Shown: positions 39,988 through 48,697 of the stretch, in pieces
Numbering within the stretch: position 1 is the stretch's first letter
Layout: each line of letters starts with the position of its first letter
Program-made: the position numbers and the translations under genes
Source of the DNA: Acidobacteriota bacterium
Lineage (GTDB): Bacteria > Acidobacteriota > UBA6911 > RPQK01 > JAJDTT01
Reading direction: 5' to 3'
Assembly (NCBI GenBank): GCA_965263035.1
Contig: OZ253580.1
Coordinates: 1,792,001 to 1,856,000, forward strand
Length of the DNA: 64,000 nucleotides
The notes under the pieces: generated by a model
The model's input: the letters and a program-made list of their open reading frames with translations, nothing else
Told to the model about the DNA's origin: nothing
Database searches by the model: none

Positions 39988-41312
39988 AAGGGGACAGTCT
40001 GTTTTTCCGCGCTGGGTCGAGTTTCCCCGGTTGCTTCCGGAAACCCGAGGTTTGCTGATTTTCTTGAGTTTCCTTCGTCTGTCTCAATTCTGAATCGTTG
40101 TTGTCATCAGAGGGACGAACCGATCCCCGCCGAGTCCGAGTCCGGTGAACCGAGGACCGTGGCCATGGCCCGAACCGCACGACACAAGAGCTCAGAAGCC
40201 GCCTTCTATCACCTCACCAATCGAGTCACCGGCTGGACCGATTGGTTCCCCTTTGAAAACCGCCAAGCCCGTCGCAAACTCCTGAACATGATGTTGTTCT
40301 ATGTGGCTGTCTACCGGTGTCGTTTGGCCGCGTTCCAGATCATGGGCAATCACTTCCACTTCATCGTCCATTTTGAGAAACCTCGCCCCTTGTCCCGCGA
40401 GGAGTTGTGGGAGAGCGCCCACAAACTTTATGGACGAAAAGCAGAGGTGACAACCGCCCGTTGGACCGACGCCCAATGGGAGGCTTTCAACCAGCGTCTA
40501 TTTGACGTGTCCAAACTGATGGCGAACTTGGACGGGCAATATGCCACGTGGTTCAACCACGAGTTTGCACGGCGAGGCCATTTTTGGGGTGATCGTTTCA
40601 AGAACCCGGAGCTCCTGGGACGCCAAGCCGTCCAGGATGCCATCCTCTACGTGGAACTCAATGCCGTCCGGGCCGGACTGGTCAAAAGGCCCGAGCAGTG
40701 GAAGTGGGGCTCGGCCCGCTGGAGACTCACCGGCAAGGACCAAGACCTGATTCCACTGGAGGAACTGTTCCCCTCGGATCCCGGAACGGACCTGTACAGC
40801 AGTTACCGGGCTCGCTTGTACTATCGAGGAGCCGTCCCCACCCGGGAGGACCAGGCCGCGATCCCCCGGTGGATCCTCCATCAGGAGCAGCGACGTGGAT
40901 TTACCCGTCCCGGAGCTTTTCGCCGGCGTTTGCGATTTCTGACGGACGGATTGGCCGTCGGGCCGGCAGAGAAGGTGGCGCAGCTGCTGGAGACTTATCG
41001 GCAGCAAGGTCGATATCGACGTCGCCGACACCCCATCCCCCAACTGGGCGGAGTGTTGTTTTCCTTGCGGGAGCAGCGCTCGAACGCCTTCGTCACGTAG
41101 ACCCGCCTGATCGCCGACCGTCGATTCTGCCACCGCGGCACCCAACGACCCAGATCACGGGAACCACCCAATAGACTGAATTGTCCTCTTAGTCCGAAGT
41201 TCCAGACTCAGAGACAAGATAACTCCTCGATTATAAAAGGATAACTGACGAATCGGACTAGTTGTCCACTGGGAACACCTTGACCAACGCCCGGGAATCG
41301 AGACCGTCCCTT
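39988..41312 (+). mobile_element. RAYT module bounded by short inverted ends
   Basis: AAGGGACAGTCT (39988-39999) and AGACCGTCCCTT (41301-41312) form an 11/12 inverted match around the transposase. Confidence 0.6.
40165..41100 (+). CDS. REP-associated tyrosine transposase (RAYT, HUH/Y1 family)
   Basis: MARTAR...FYHLTNR, HUH motif MGNHFHFI, GHFWGDRF, catalytic Y in YVELNAVRAG and WKWGS. Confidence 0.88.
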   Translation: MARTARHKSSEAAFYHLTNRVTGWTDWFPFENRQARRKLLNMMLFYVAVYRCRLAAFQIMGNHFHFIVHFEKPRPLSREELWESAHKLYGRKAEVTTARWTDAQWEAFNQRLFDVSKLMANLDGQYATWFNHEFARRGHFWGDRFKNPELLGRQAVQDAILYVELNAVRAGLVKRPEQWKWGSARWRLTGKDQDLIPLEELFPSDPGTDLYSSYRARLYYRGAVPTREDQAAIPRWILHQEQRRGFTRPGAFRRRLRFLTDGLAVGPAEKVAQLLETYRQQGRYRRRRHPIPQLGGVLFSLREQRSNAFVT

Positions 41313-41321
41313 TCCTTCGCG

Positions 41322-41480
41322 CTACGAACTGTCCCTACGAACTCTACGCGAACTGCGAACTGTCCCTACGAACTCTACGCGAACTGTCCCTACGAACTCC
41401 TCCCCTAATTCGCGCTACGAACTGCGATCCTCTCTACGAACTGCTCCCCTACGAACTGCTACGAACTGTCCCTACGAACT
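41322..41480. repeat. Irregular tandem micro-array of CTACGAACT
   Basis: 9 exact CTACGAACT copies (12 CGAACT cores) with short variable linkers, most often GTCC. Confidence 0.9.
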
Positions 41481-42515
41481 GATCCCGAAGTGTTTCATCT
41501 GCCGGCAGATCTGGTCCCAGGTCTCGCCGTCCACCTCGATGCCTTCCGCCTCCCGTCTCCGAGCGGTCCGGAATTCCGGCTCGCCGGGGAGCAGGATCTC
41601 CTGGAAACCGGGTGCCAGACGGCTGGTTCGGATGTGGGAGATCATGGCGTCCAACTCGTCGTAATAGGTCTCCAGTTCGGTGAAGTGTTCGATGTGGTAG
41701 ACCGTCAGGAGCACTCCGTTGCTGACGAACTTGGGGGCGCCGGCCGCGCAGCCCTCGCCGCCCACGGCTCCTCCCATGACCTCCACCATCATGGACAGTC
41801 CGTAGCCCTTGTGAGCCACCACCCCACCCAGAGGAAGGAGGGCCCCGGGTGGATCGGATTTCACCTTCCGCGGGTCGGTGGTGGGCCTTCCCTGGGAGTC
41901 GACGGCCCAACCTTCGGGGATGGATTCGCCGCGGTTGATGGCCACGCGGACCTTCCCCTCGGCCACCACCGAGGTGGTCATGTCCAGAAGCAGCGGTTCG
42001 TGCCCGCGGCGGGGCGCGGCAAAGGCCAGTGGATTCGTGGACAGCCGCCCTTCCCGGCCCCCGAAGGGGATCACCTGCGCGCCCAGATGTCCTGCGTTGG
42101 CGAAGAGTTGGGCCATGAATCCGGCCCGGGCGGCCATCAACGGATAGGCCCCCACCCGACCGATATGGCTGGTGTTGCGCAGGGTCACGGTCGCCACACC
42201 GTGGACTCGCGCCTTCTCCATGGCCAGACGATTCGCGAAGGCGGCTCCCACCTGCCCCAGGGCGCCTCCTCCGTCCACCACCGCCGAGCTGGGACGTTCC
42301 TGGACGATCCAGGGCCGGGCGCCGGGGTTGAAGCGGCCGTCACGAATGCCTTGGGCATACTCGTAGAACCGGATGGCTCCATGGGAATCGTGGCCGAAGA
42401 GGCTCGACTCCACCAGGTGGTCCACGACGGCCTGGGCATCCTCCGGACGGCAACCCGCGGCCTGGAAGAGTTGATAGCCGAGTTCCCTCAGGGCTTGGGG
42501 GGAGAACCTGGGCAA
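41472..42515 (-). CDS. Ldh_2 family (malate/L-lactate/sulfolactate-type) oxidoreductase, paralog 1
   Basis: GHDSHG, NTSHIGR, STNPLAFA, LDMTTS and HKGYGLS. TTG start. Confidence 0.9.
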   Translation of the reverse strand: MPRFSPQALRELGYQLFQAAGCRPEDAQAVVDHLVESSLFGHDSHGAIRFYEYAQGIRDGRFNPGARPWIVQERPSSAVVDGGGALGQVGAAFANRLAMEKARVHGVATVTLRNTSHIGRVGAYPLMAARAGFMAQLFANAGHLGAQVIPFGGREGRLSTNPLAFAAPRRGHEPLLLDMTTSVVAEGKVRVAINRGESIPEGWAVDSQGRPTTDPRKVKSDPPGALLPLGGVVAHKGYGLSMMVEVMGGAVGGEGCAAGAPKFVSNGVLLTVYHIEHFTELETYYDELDAMISHIRTSRLAPGFQEILLPGEPEFRTARRREAEGIEVDGETWDQICRQMKHFGISS

Positions 42516-42551
42516 GAGCGTACTCCTTTCCTGTGCCGTATCCGCCGTTCT

Positions 42552-43607
42552 CTAACCGGCCGGCGGCAGGGGCAAGCCGATGCGTTCCATGTCCGCGCCG
42601 ATGAGAAACCAGGTCTTGGCGTCGATGTCGATTCCATCCTCTTCCCTCCGGCGGGCCGACCGAAGCTCGGGCTCCCCCGGAAGCAGGATTTCATTGAATC
42701 CGGGGGCCGACGGGCTGGACCGGACGTACCGGATCAGCGCCTCCACCTCCTGATAGTAGTCCTCCTGGTCGATGAAGTGATCGATCCGATGGACCACCAG
42801 GAGCATGCCGTTGCTGACCATCTCGGCTTCACCGACACAACATCCCTGGCCGCTCAGGGTCCCGGCCAGCAGCTCCACCATGAGGCTCATCCCGTAGCCT
42901 TTGTGGGAGGCGATTCCCCCCAAGGGCAAGATGGCTCCTCTCGGCTCGGTGCGGAAACTGTCGGGATCGGTGGTGGGGCGTCCCTGGTGATCGATGAGCC
43001 ATCCTTCCGGCACCCGCTTCCCGGCGTAGGAGGCGACCCGGACCTTGCCCTCGGCGGCCACCGAAGTGGTCATGTCCAGGAAGATGGGCTCAGTGTCCCG
43101 CCGGGGCGCCGCAAAGGCCAGGGGATCGGTGGTGAGACGCGCGTCGATGCCGCCGAAAGGCGCAATCTGGTTCCCGAACCGGCCGCCGTTGACGAAGGCC
43201 TGGCCGATCATTCCGCCCCGGGCCACCATCAGCGGGTAAGCCCCGACCCTCCCGACGTGACTCGTGTTGCGGAGCGAAACCGCGGCCACTCCATGCTGGG
43301 AGGCCTTTTCCATGGCCAGGCGGGTGGCGAACGCGGCGCCCACCTGACCCAGTGCGCCGGCGGCGTCCACCACCGCGCAGGAGGGATGGTCCCGGACCAC
43401 TCTGGGCTGGGCCTTGGCCTGGAAACGCCCCTTCCGGATGGCGTCCATGTACTCCGGGTACCGGATGACCCCGTGGGAATCGTGTCCGAAGAGATTCGAC
43501 TCCACCAGATGATGGGTGACGACCCGGGCGTCCGCCGGGTCGCATCCGGCGGCCTCGAACAACCGGTAGCCGATCCGGCGCAAGGTTTCGGCTTGGACTA
43601 CGGGCAT
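42552..43607 (-). CDS. Ldh_2 family oxidoreductase, paralog 2
   Basis: GHDSHG, NTSHVGR, LDMTTS and HKGYGMS. Confidence 0.9.
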   Translation of the reverse strand: MPVVQAETLRRIGYRLFEAAGCDPADARVVTHHLVESNLFGHDSHGVIRYPEYMDAIRKGRFQAKAQPRVVRDHPSCAVVDAAGALGQVGAAFATRLAMEKASQHGVAAVSLRNTSHVGRVGAYPLMVARGGMIGQAFVNGGRFGNQIAPFGGIDARLTTDPLAFAAPRRDTEPIFLDMTTSVAAEGKVRVASYAGKRVPEGWLIDHQGRPTTDPDSFRTEPRGAILPLGGIASHKGYGMSLMVELLAGTLSGQGCCVGEAEMVSNGMLLVVHRIDHFIDQEDYYQEVEALIRYVRSSPSAPGFNEILLPGEPELRSARRREEDGIDIDAKTWFLIGADMERIGLPLPPAG

Positions 43608-43763
43608 GACGGCAGTTTCTCCAGCGGCGGATTGTAAAGGATGGGGTCCCTGCTGTCAGCCGCGGATCCCGCGAGAATCGGCGGGAGATTGCCAGACCCG
43701 GCTTCACGTTGGCAAAATGGAGTCCGCCAACGTCTTTGAGACGTTCATGGAAAGGCTAGAGCA

Positions 43764-44636
43764 ATGGACACCTCTTTCACCAACAGTCGAGAAAGCCTGG
43801 AGCGGGCGAACCGCGTCACTGACGGCCATTGGACCAGTCTGACCCGGCCCCAGCAGTTTCGTTCCCTCGAGTTGGAGGGTTTCGTCGTCATTCCCGATCT
43901 GCTGAGCGAGGAACTGGTGGAGGAGATCCGCGAGGAGACTTCCAGGCTCCCCACCACGGCGGTTGACTACAGCGAGCATCAGCGGTACTTGTCCGATGTG
44001 CAGTGGACCGACTCGCCCCACGCCACCTCGGTCATTGCTCTGCCGGCCACGGTGGAGTTCCTGGAAGAGCTCTTGGGCGACGAGCTGATCTGCACCTCGT
44101 GCACGTACGCCGAATCCAGGCCGGGCCATCCGGGAATCTCCTTTCACACCGATGCCCAGCCCTACGGGAACAAGACGTCCGGAGTCCTGACCAGCTCGCC
44201 CTGTCTGGTCCGAGTCCTCTACTACCTGGACGACCTGACTCCGGAGTGCTCCCCCTTCAAGGTGATTCCGCGCTCCCACGTGTCGCTGCACAGCGACGCC
44301 AACCCGTACAACCGCTACCTTTCCCACGACGATGAGTTGATGGTGACCTGCCGCGCCGGCTCGGCGGTGATCATCAACCAGAAGGTGTTTCACGCCAATT
44401 TTCCCAACTACAGCGACCGGATACGCCGCATGCTGGCCATCGCCTACCGGCCCACTTGGGCGGGTCCCATAGACGACGTTCCGGAGCGCGACCCGGAGAA
44501 GGTGGCCGGTCTACCTCCGGCCGTCCGAAAATATTTCAGGAGTCTCAACACGCGGAACATCGATTTCGATCTGCCGAACCGCCCGGACAACATGGCGAGG
44601 CATGCCGCTGGCATTTCGCCTGGGCGCTGGGGCTGA
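43764..44636 (+). CDS. PhyH-family dioxygenase, tandem copy 1
   Basis: [17 protein letters not shown]...VIPRSH and distal H in VFHAN. Confidence 0.85.
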   Translation: MDTSFTNSRESLERANRVTDGHWTSLTRPQQFRSLELEGFVVIPDLLSEELVEEIREETSRLPTTAVDYSEHQRYLSDVQWTDSPHATSVIALPATVEFLEELLGDELICTSCTYAESRPGHPGISFHTDAQPYGNKTSGVLTSSPCLVRVLYYLDDLTPECSPFKVIPRSHVSLHSDANPYNRYLSHDDELMVTCRAGSAVIINQKVFHANFPNYSDRIRRMLAIAYRPTWAGPIDDVPERDPEKVAGLPPAVRKYFRSLNTRNIDFDLPNRPDNMARHAAGISPGRWG

Positions 44637-44748
44637 TCCGGGTGATGAGGGAATGGGACGCCACGATTCATCCCCTGAATCGAAACGGACCCTTTCCCAG
44701 ACGAGAAAGACTCAAACCGGGAAGAACGAAGAGAGGATATTTAGAGAA

Positions 44749-45621
44749 ATGGATACTTCTTTCACCAACAGTCGAGAAAATCTGGAGCGGGCGAACCGGG
44801 TCCCGGAAAGCCATTGGGGCGGTCTGACCCGCGCCCAGCAGTTTCGTTCCCTCGAGTTGGAGGGTTTCGTCGTCATTCCCGACCTGCTGAGCGAGAATCT
44901 CATGGAGGAGATCCGAGAGGAAACCTCCAGAGTCCCCACCAGGTCGGTCGATTACAGCGAGCATCAGCGGGGTTGTCCCGATCTGCAGTGGACCGACTCT
45001 CCCCGAGCCACCTCGGTGATCGCCCTGCCGGCCATGGTGGAGTTCCTGGAAGAACTCTTCGGCGACGAGCTGATCTGCACCTCGTGCCAGTACGCCGAGT
45101 CCCGGCCGGGCCACCCCGGAATCGTCATTCACACCGATTCCCAGCCCTACGGCTCCAAGATATTCGGAGTCCAGGCCAGCTCGCCCTGCCTGGTCCGTGT
45201 CCTCTACTACCTGGACGATCTCACTGCGGAGTGCTCCCCTTTCAAGGTGATCCCGCGCTCCCACCTGTCGCTGCACCGCGACGCCAACCCGTACAGCCGC
45301 TACCTTGCCCACGACGACGAGTTGATGGTGACCTGCCGCGCCGGCTCGGCGGCGATCATCAACCAGAAGGTGTTTCACGGCAACTTTCCCAACTACAGCA
45401 ACCGGATACGCCGCATGCTGGCCATCGCCTACCGGCCCACCTGGGCCGGTCCCATAGACGACGTTCCGGAGCGCGACCCGGAGAAGGTGGCCGGTCTCCC
45501 TCCGGCCGCCCAAAAATATTTCAGGAGCCTCAACACGAGGACCATCGATTTCGATCTGCCGAACCGCCCGGACAACATGCCGACGCATGCCGCGGGCATT
45601 TCGCCCGGCCGTTGGAGCTGA
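44749..45621 (+). CDS. PhyH-family dioxygenase, tandem copy 2
   Basis: Same length (290 aa) and same [10 protein letters not shown] start as copy 1, with HTD and VFHGN. Confidence 0.85.
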   Translation: MDTSFTNSRENLERANRVPESHWGGLTRAQQFRSLELEGFVVIPDLLSENLMEEIREETSRVPTRSVDYSEHQRGCPDLQWTDSPRATSVIALPAMVEFLEELFGDELICTSCQYAESRPGHPGIVIHTDSQPYGSKIFGVQASSPCLVRVLYYLDDLTAECSPFKVIPRSHLSLHRDANPYSRYLAHDDELMVTCRAGSAAIINQKVFHGNFPNYSNRIRRMLAIAYRPTWAGPIDDVPERDPEKVAGLPPAAQKYFRSLNTRTIDFDLPNRPDNMPTHAAGISPGRWS

Positions 45622-45704
45622 TTCGGGATACCCAGGGGTCGGACCGCCGCCCTTCGCCACCCGGATGGGAGCGGGCCCTTCCCCGAACAAGAAGGACTCA
45701 GACC

Positions 45705-46463
45705 ATGAAGAACAAAGGGAAGATCGCCATCGTCACGGGGGCTGGATCGGGAATCGGCCGTCACACCACCTGGGCCCTGCTGCGTTCCGGGTTCAGTGTC
45801 GCTCTGGCGGGAAGGCGTCTGGAAGCACTGGAAGAGACGGTTCGCCTGGCAGGACCCGACGGCGCCCGGACCCTGGCGGTCTCGACCGACGTGAGCGACC
45901 CGGCATCGGTCTCGAACCTCTTCTCCCGAACCCGGGCAACCTTCGGCCGGCTCGATCTCCTCTTCAACAACGCCGGGATCTCGGCTCCCGCGGTTCTGCT
46001 GGAAGATCTGACCTTCGAACAGTGGCAGTCGGTGGTCGGCGTCAACCTGACCGGCTCCTTCCTCTGTACCCGGGAAGCGTTCCGCATGATGAAGAGTCAG
46101 GAACCCATGGGGGGACGAATCATCAACAACGGCTCCGTTTCGGCCCAGGTGCCCCGGGTCAATTCGGCACCCTATACCTCCACCAAGCACGCCATCACCG
46201 GCCTGACCCGTTCCACCTCTCTGGACGGCCGCAAGTACAACATCGCCTGCGGCCAGATCGACATCGGAAACGCGCTGACCGAAATGACCCGGAGAATGCA
46301 GACGGGAGTCCCGCAGGCCAACGGAACCGTCATGGTCGAACCCAACATGGACGTGGACGACATTGCCGACGCGGTGGCCTACATGGCCAGCCTGCCGCTG
46401 GAGGCCAACGTTCAGTTCATGACCGTGATGGCGACCAAGATGCCCCTTGTCGGCCGCGGCTGA
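45705..46463 (+). CDS. SDR family oxidoreductase
   Basis: [12 protein letters not shown] and YTSTK. ATG 45705 follows an AAGGA RBS. Confidence 0.92.
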   Translation: MKNKGKIAIVTGAGSGIGRHTTWALLRSGFSVALAGRRLEALEETVRLAGPDGARTLAVSTDVSDPASVSNLFSRTRATFGRLDLLFNNAGISAPAVLLEDLTFEQWQSVVGVNLTGSFLCTREAFRMMKSQEPMGGRIINNGSVSAQVPRVNSAPYTSTKHAITGLTRSTSLDGRKYNIACGQIDIGNALTEMTRRMQTGVPQANGTVMVEPNMDVDDIADAVAYMASLPLEANVQFMTVMATKMPLVGRG

Positions 46464-46494
46464 CGAGCAGGCATTCCTTGGCCGGCAATCGGCG

Positions 46495-47643
46495 TCAGAT
46501 TTCTGCGTCGATGCCTTGACGCGTTTCGGCAATCACCAGATCGACCACTGATCGCAAGGCTTCCATCCTGGTGACCCCGTCCAGACGGACGAGGCGGTAG
46601 TGGTCGAGTTGCCGGTCGGCGCTGCTCCCTTGCCGGATGATGGAGGACACGCGGCTCAGCTCCTTCTGGCAGCCGAGTGCCTGGGCGTCGCCATCCAGTT
46701 CCTCCAACAGCCCCAGGGCGTAGTCGTTGATATCCATGCGCCCGCCGTGGCGAGTGTCGCCGAGGAACGCGAACGCTCCGTAGCGCTGCGCCAGCCAGCG
46801 ATTCTCGGCGATGATCTCGGTGCGCGGCTCCGGGGGCAGGGCGCCGGCTCGATCCTGCCGCAGCAGCCATCGAACCAGGGATGAGTAGAGCGCCGCGATG
46901 CAGACCGCATCATCGATGAGCGGGCAGACGTCGCAGATGCGCATCTCCACCGTGGGATGGAGGTCGGCGGGCCGAATGTCCCACCACAGCTCATTGCCGC
47001 CCTCGATGAACTGCATACGCTTGTAGTCCTCCACGAGCCGGTCGTATTCCGCCCGGGAATACAGGGGGCCGGGCAAGCTCGTGCGCGGGAGCACTCCGAA
47101 AAGACTGAGCCGATACGACTTGAAACCAGTGAGGTGTCCCGCGTTGAACGGGGATGAGGTGGACAGGGCGTGGAGCAGAGGCAGGTACTGGCGGAGGGCG
47201 GTCATGACGCGGATCCGTTCATCCGGGTCGCCAAAACCGGCGTGGATGTGCATGCCGCCGATGAGCAGCCGCCGTACGGCCTCCTGGAACGTGACCACGA
47301 ACCGCTCGTACCGTTTTTTGGGCGTGGGCATCTGCGCGGTCCATGACGCGTAGGGATGGGTGGACGCGGCCAGCACCGCCGCACCGTGCTGCGCCGCCGC
47401 CTCGATCACCAGCCGCCGGGTCTCCACCAACGCCTCCCGAACGTCGGCCACTGAAGCGCAGACCCGGGTATTGGTCTCGATCTGGGAGCGGAGAAACTCG
47501 GTCACCACCTTGTGCGGTCCTTGATTCTGCTCGCAGGCGTCGTAGATGCCCGGGTCGGGATCGGAAACCAGGTCGCGGGTCTCGGGGTCGACGAGAAAGA
47601 ACTCCTCTTCGATGCCGAGTGTGATTTCTAGGTCCTGGCTCAT
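46495..47643 (-). CDS. ybdK: Carboxylate-amine ligase / glutamate-cysteine ligase 2 (YbdK family)
   Basis: TLGIEEEF, GMHIH, SSPF, LWWDIRP, TVEMRICD and ENRWLAQRYG. Confidence 0.9.
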   Translation of the reverse strand: MSQDLEITLGIEEEFFLVDPETRDLVSDPDPGIYDACEQNQGPHKVVTEFLRSQIETNTRVCASVADVREALVETRRLVIEAAAQHGAAVLAASTHPYASWTAQMPTPKKRYERFVVTFQEAVRRLLIGGMHIHAGFGDPDERIRVMTALRQYLPLLHALSTSSPFNAGHLTGFKSYRLSLFGVLPRTSLPGPLYSRAEYDRLVEDYKRMQFIEGGNELWWDIRPADLHPTVEMRICDVCPLIDDAVCIAALYSSLVRWLLRQDRAGALPPEPRTEIIAENRWLAQRYGAFAFLGDTRHGGRMDINDYALGLLEELDGDAQALGCQKELSRVSSIIRQGSSADRQLDHYRLVRLDGVTRMEALRSVVDLVIAETRQGIDAEI

Positions 47644-47868
47644 GGCGATCAATTTGGAACTATGACGATCGAAAGCGAGGGTGGGAACGTCGGGGTCGTC
47701 CGGTAGATTTCACTTGGATTCACCACGTGTCTTACGATCCTGGAATGGGAGTCGTTCCGGCAAGTCGAATTATAAGCATGTCACGATGAAGGCCAATCCG
47801 GCGATTTTCAATCTGGAACGTCAATTGAGGTCATCGACCAACGGCATCTGCTCCAGCACGAAAAGAGA

Positions 47869-48636
47869 ATGGTAGCACAGCACATCCGAAGCCGATCCTC
47901 GCTGGGAGCAGGATTTTCCCGACGTTCACCGGCGACTCCGACCGTCCGGTTTTGCGCTCTGCTGGTGGCCATTCTGGCCCTCACCGCGTGCGGCGGCCGC
48001 AAGAAAATCAAGCTTCCGCCACCCGTCGAAGCCAAGAGGGGGTGGTCCGAGGTCGGCATCGCCAGTTGGTACGGGCATCCCTACCACGGGCGTAAGACCA
48101 GCAACAGTGAGACCTACGACATGAACAAGATGACGGCCGCCCATACGCGGCTGCCGTTCGGCACCTGGGTCAACGTCGAGAATCTCCAGAACAGAAGGTC
48201 CACACAGGTCCGGATCAACGATCGGGGGCCGTTTACCGCCCGGTACATCATCGATCTTTCCAGGGCCGCCGCTTCGGAGATCCAGATGATCGGGGCCGGC
48301 ACAGTCCGGGTCCGTCTCACGGTGATCAGCGGTCCCAATACAAATCGCAGAAGCTCGAAGCGCAGTACACGCTCCGTAACCTCGCGGCCGGCGTCTCCCA
48401 GAGGCGGGTACGAAATTCAGATTGGTGTCTTCAAAAGTCAAGCGAATGCCAAGACGCTGGCCTGGGCGGCCAACCAGAAAGGCCACAGTGCGGAGATCAA
48501 ACCATTCCGGCGAGGCGGCCCGAGACTCTACCGCGTCGTGGTTGCGGGAGGAACCCGGGAGGCGGCGAACAAGCGCCTTCGGAAGCTCAAGAGCCAGGGT
48601 TTCAAGGGGTTCGTGAGACAACGTCGAGGCGACTAG
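47869..48636 (+). CDS. rlpA: Septal ring lytic transglycosylase RlpA with SPOR domain (start uncertain)
   Basis: Lipobox LTAC, GIASWYG, TAAHTRLPFG, RINDRGPF, IIDLS and a C-terminal SPOR domain (IQIGVF). Confidence 0.9.
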   Translation: MVAQHIRSRSSLGAGFSRRSPATPTVRFCALLVAILALTACGGRKKIKLPPPVEAKRGWSEVGIASWYGHPYHGRKTSNSETYDMNKMTAAHTRLPFGTWVNVENLQNRRSTQVRINDRGPFTARYIIDLSRAAASEIQMIGAGTVRVRLTVISGPNTNRRSSKRSTRSVTSRPASPRGGYEIQIGVFKSQANAKTLAWAANQKGHSAEIKPFRRGGPRLYRVVVAGGTREAANKRLRKLKSQGFKGFVRQRRGD

Positions 48637-48659
48637 GAGGGGGGACATTCTTGTCCCCC
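48635..48659. repeat. REP-like hairpin
   Basis: AGGAGGGGGGACATTCTTGTCCCCC lies between convergent genes and matches the reverse complement of 10654-10678. Confidence 0.65.
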
Positions 48660-48697
48660 AATCTTCCTCCGCCGGACCCCGGCGGGTGAGGTGTTCC

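Noticed and set aside
41322-41480. Possible CRISPR array
   Set aside because: The repeat is only 9 nt, the linkers are mostly under ~20 nt and themselves repetitive, and no cas genes are present.
39753-41685. Duplicated gene 3' ends (Ldh_2, also PhyH) as DGR template/variable repeats
   Set aside because: Mismatches are mixed and mostly synonymous rather than adenine-specific, and the RT is not DGR-like.
7270-43637. Long alternative ORFs (7270..9204, 13512..15284, 31648..33177, 33096..34784, 38207..39688, 41490..43637)
   Set aside because: All overlap motif-supported genes on the opposite strand and are typical high-GC shadow ORFs.
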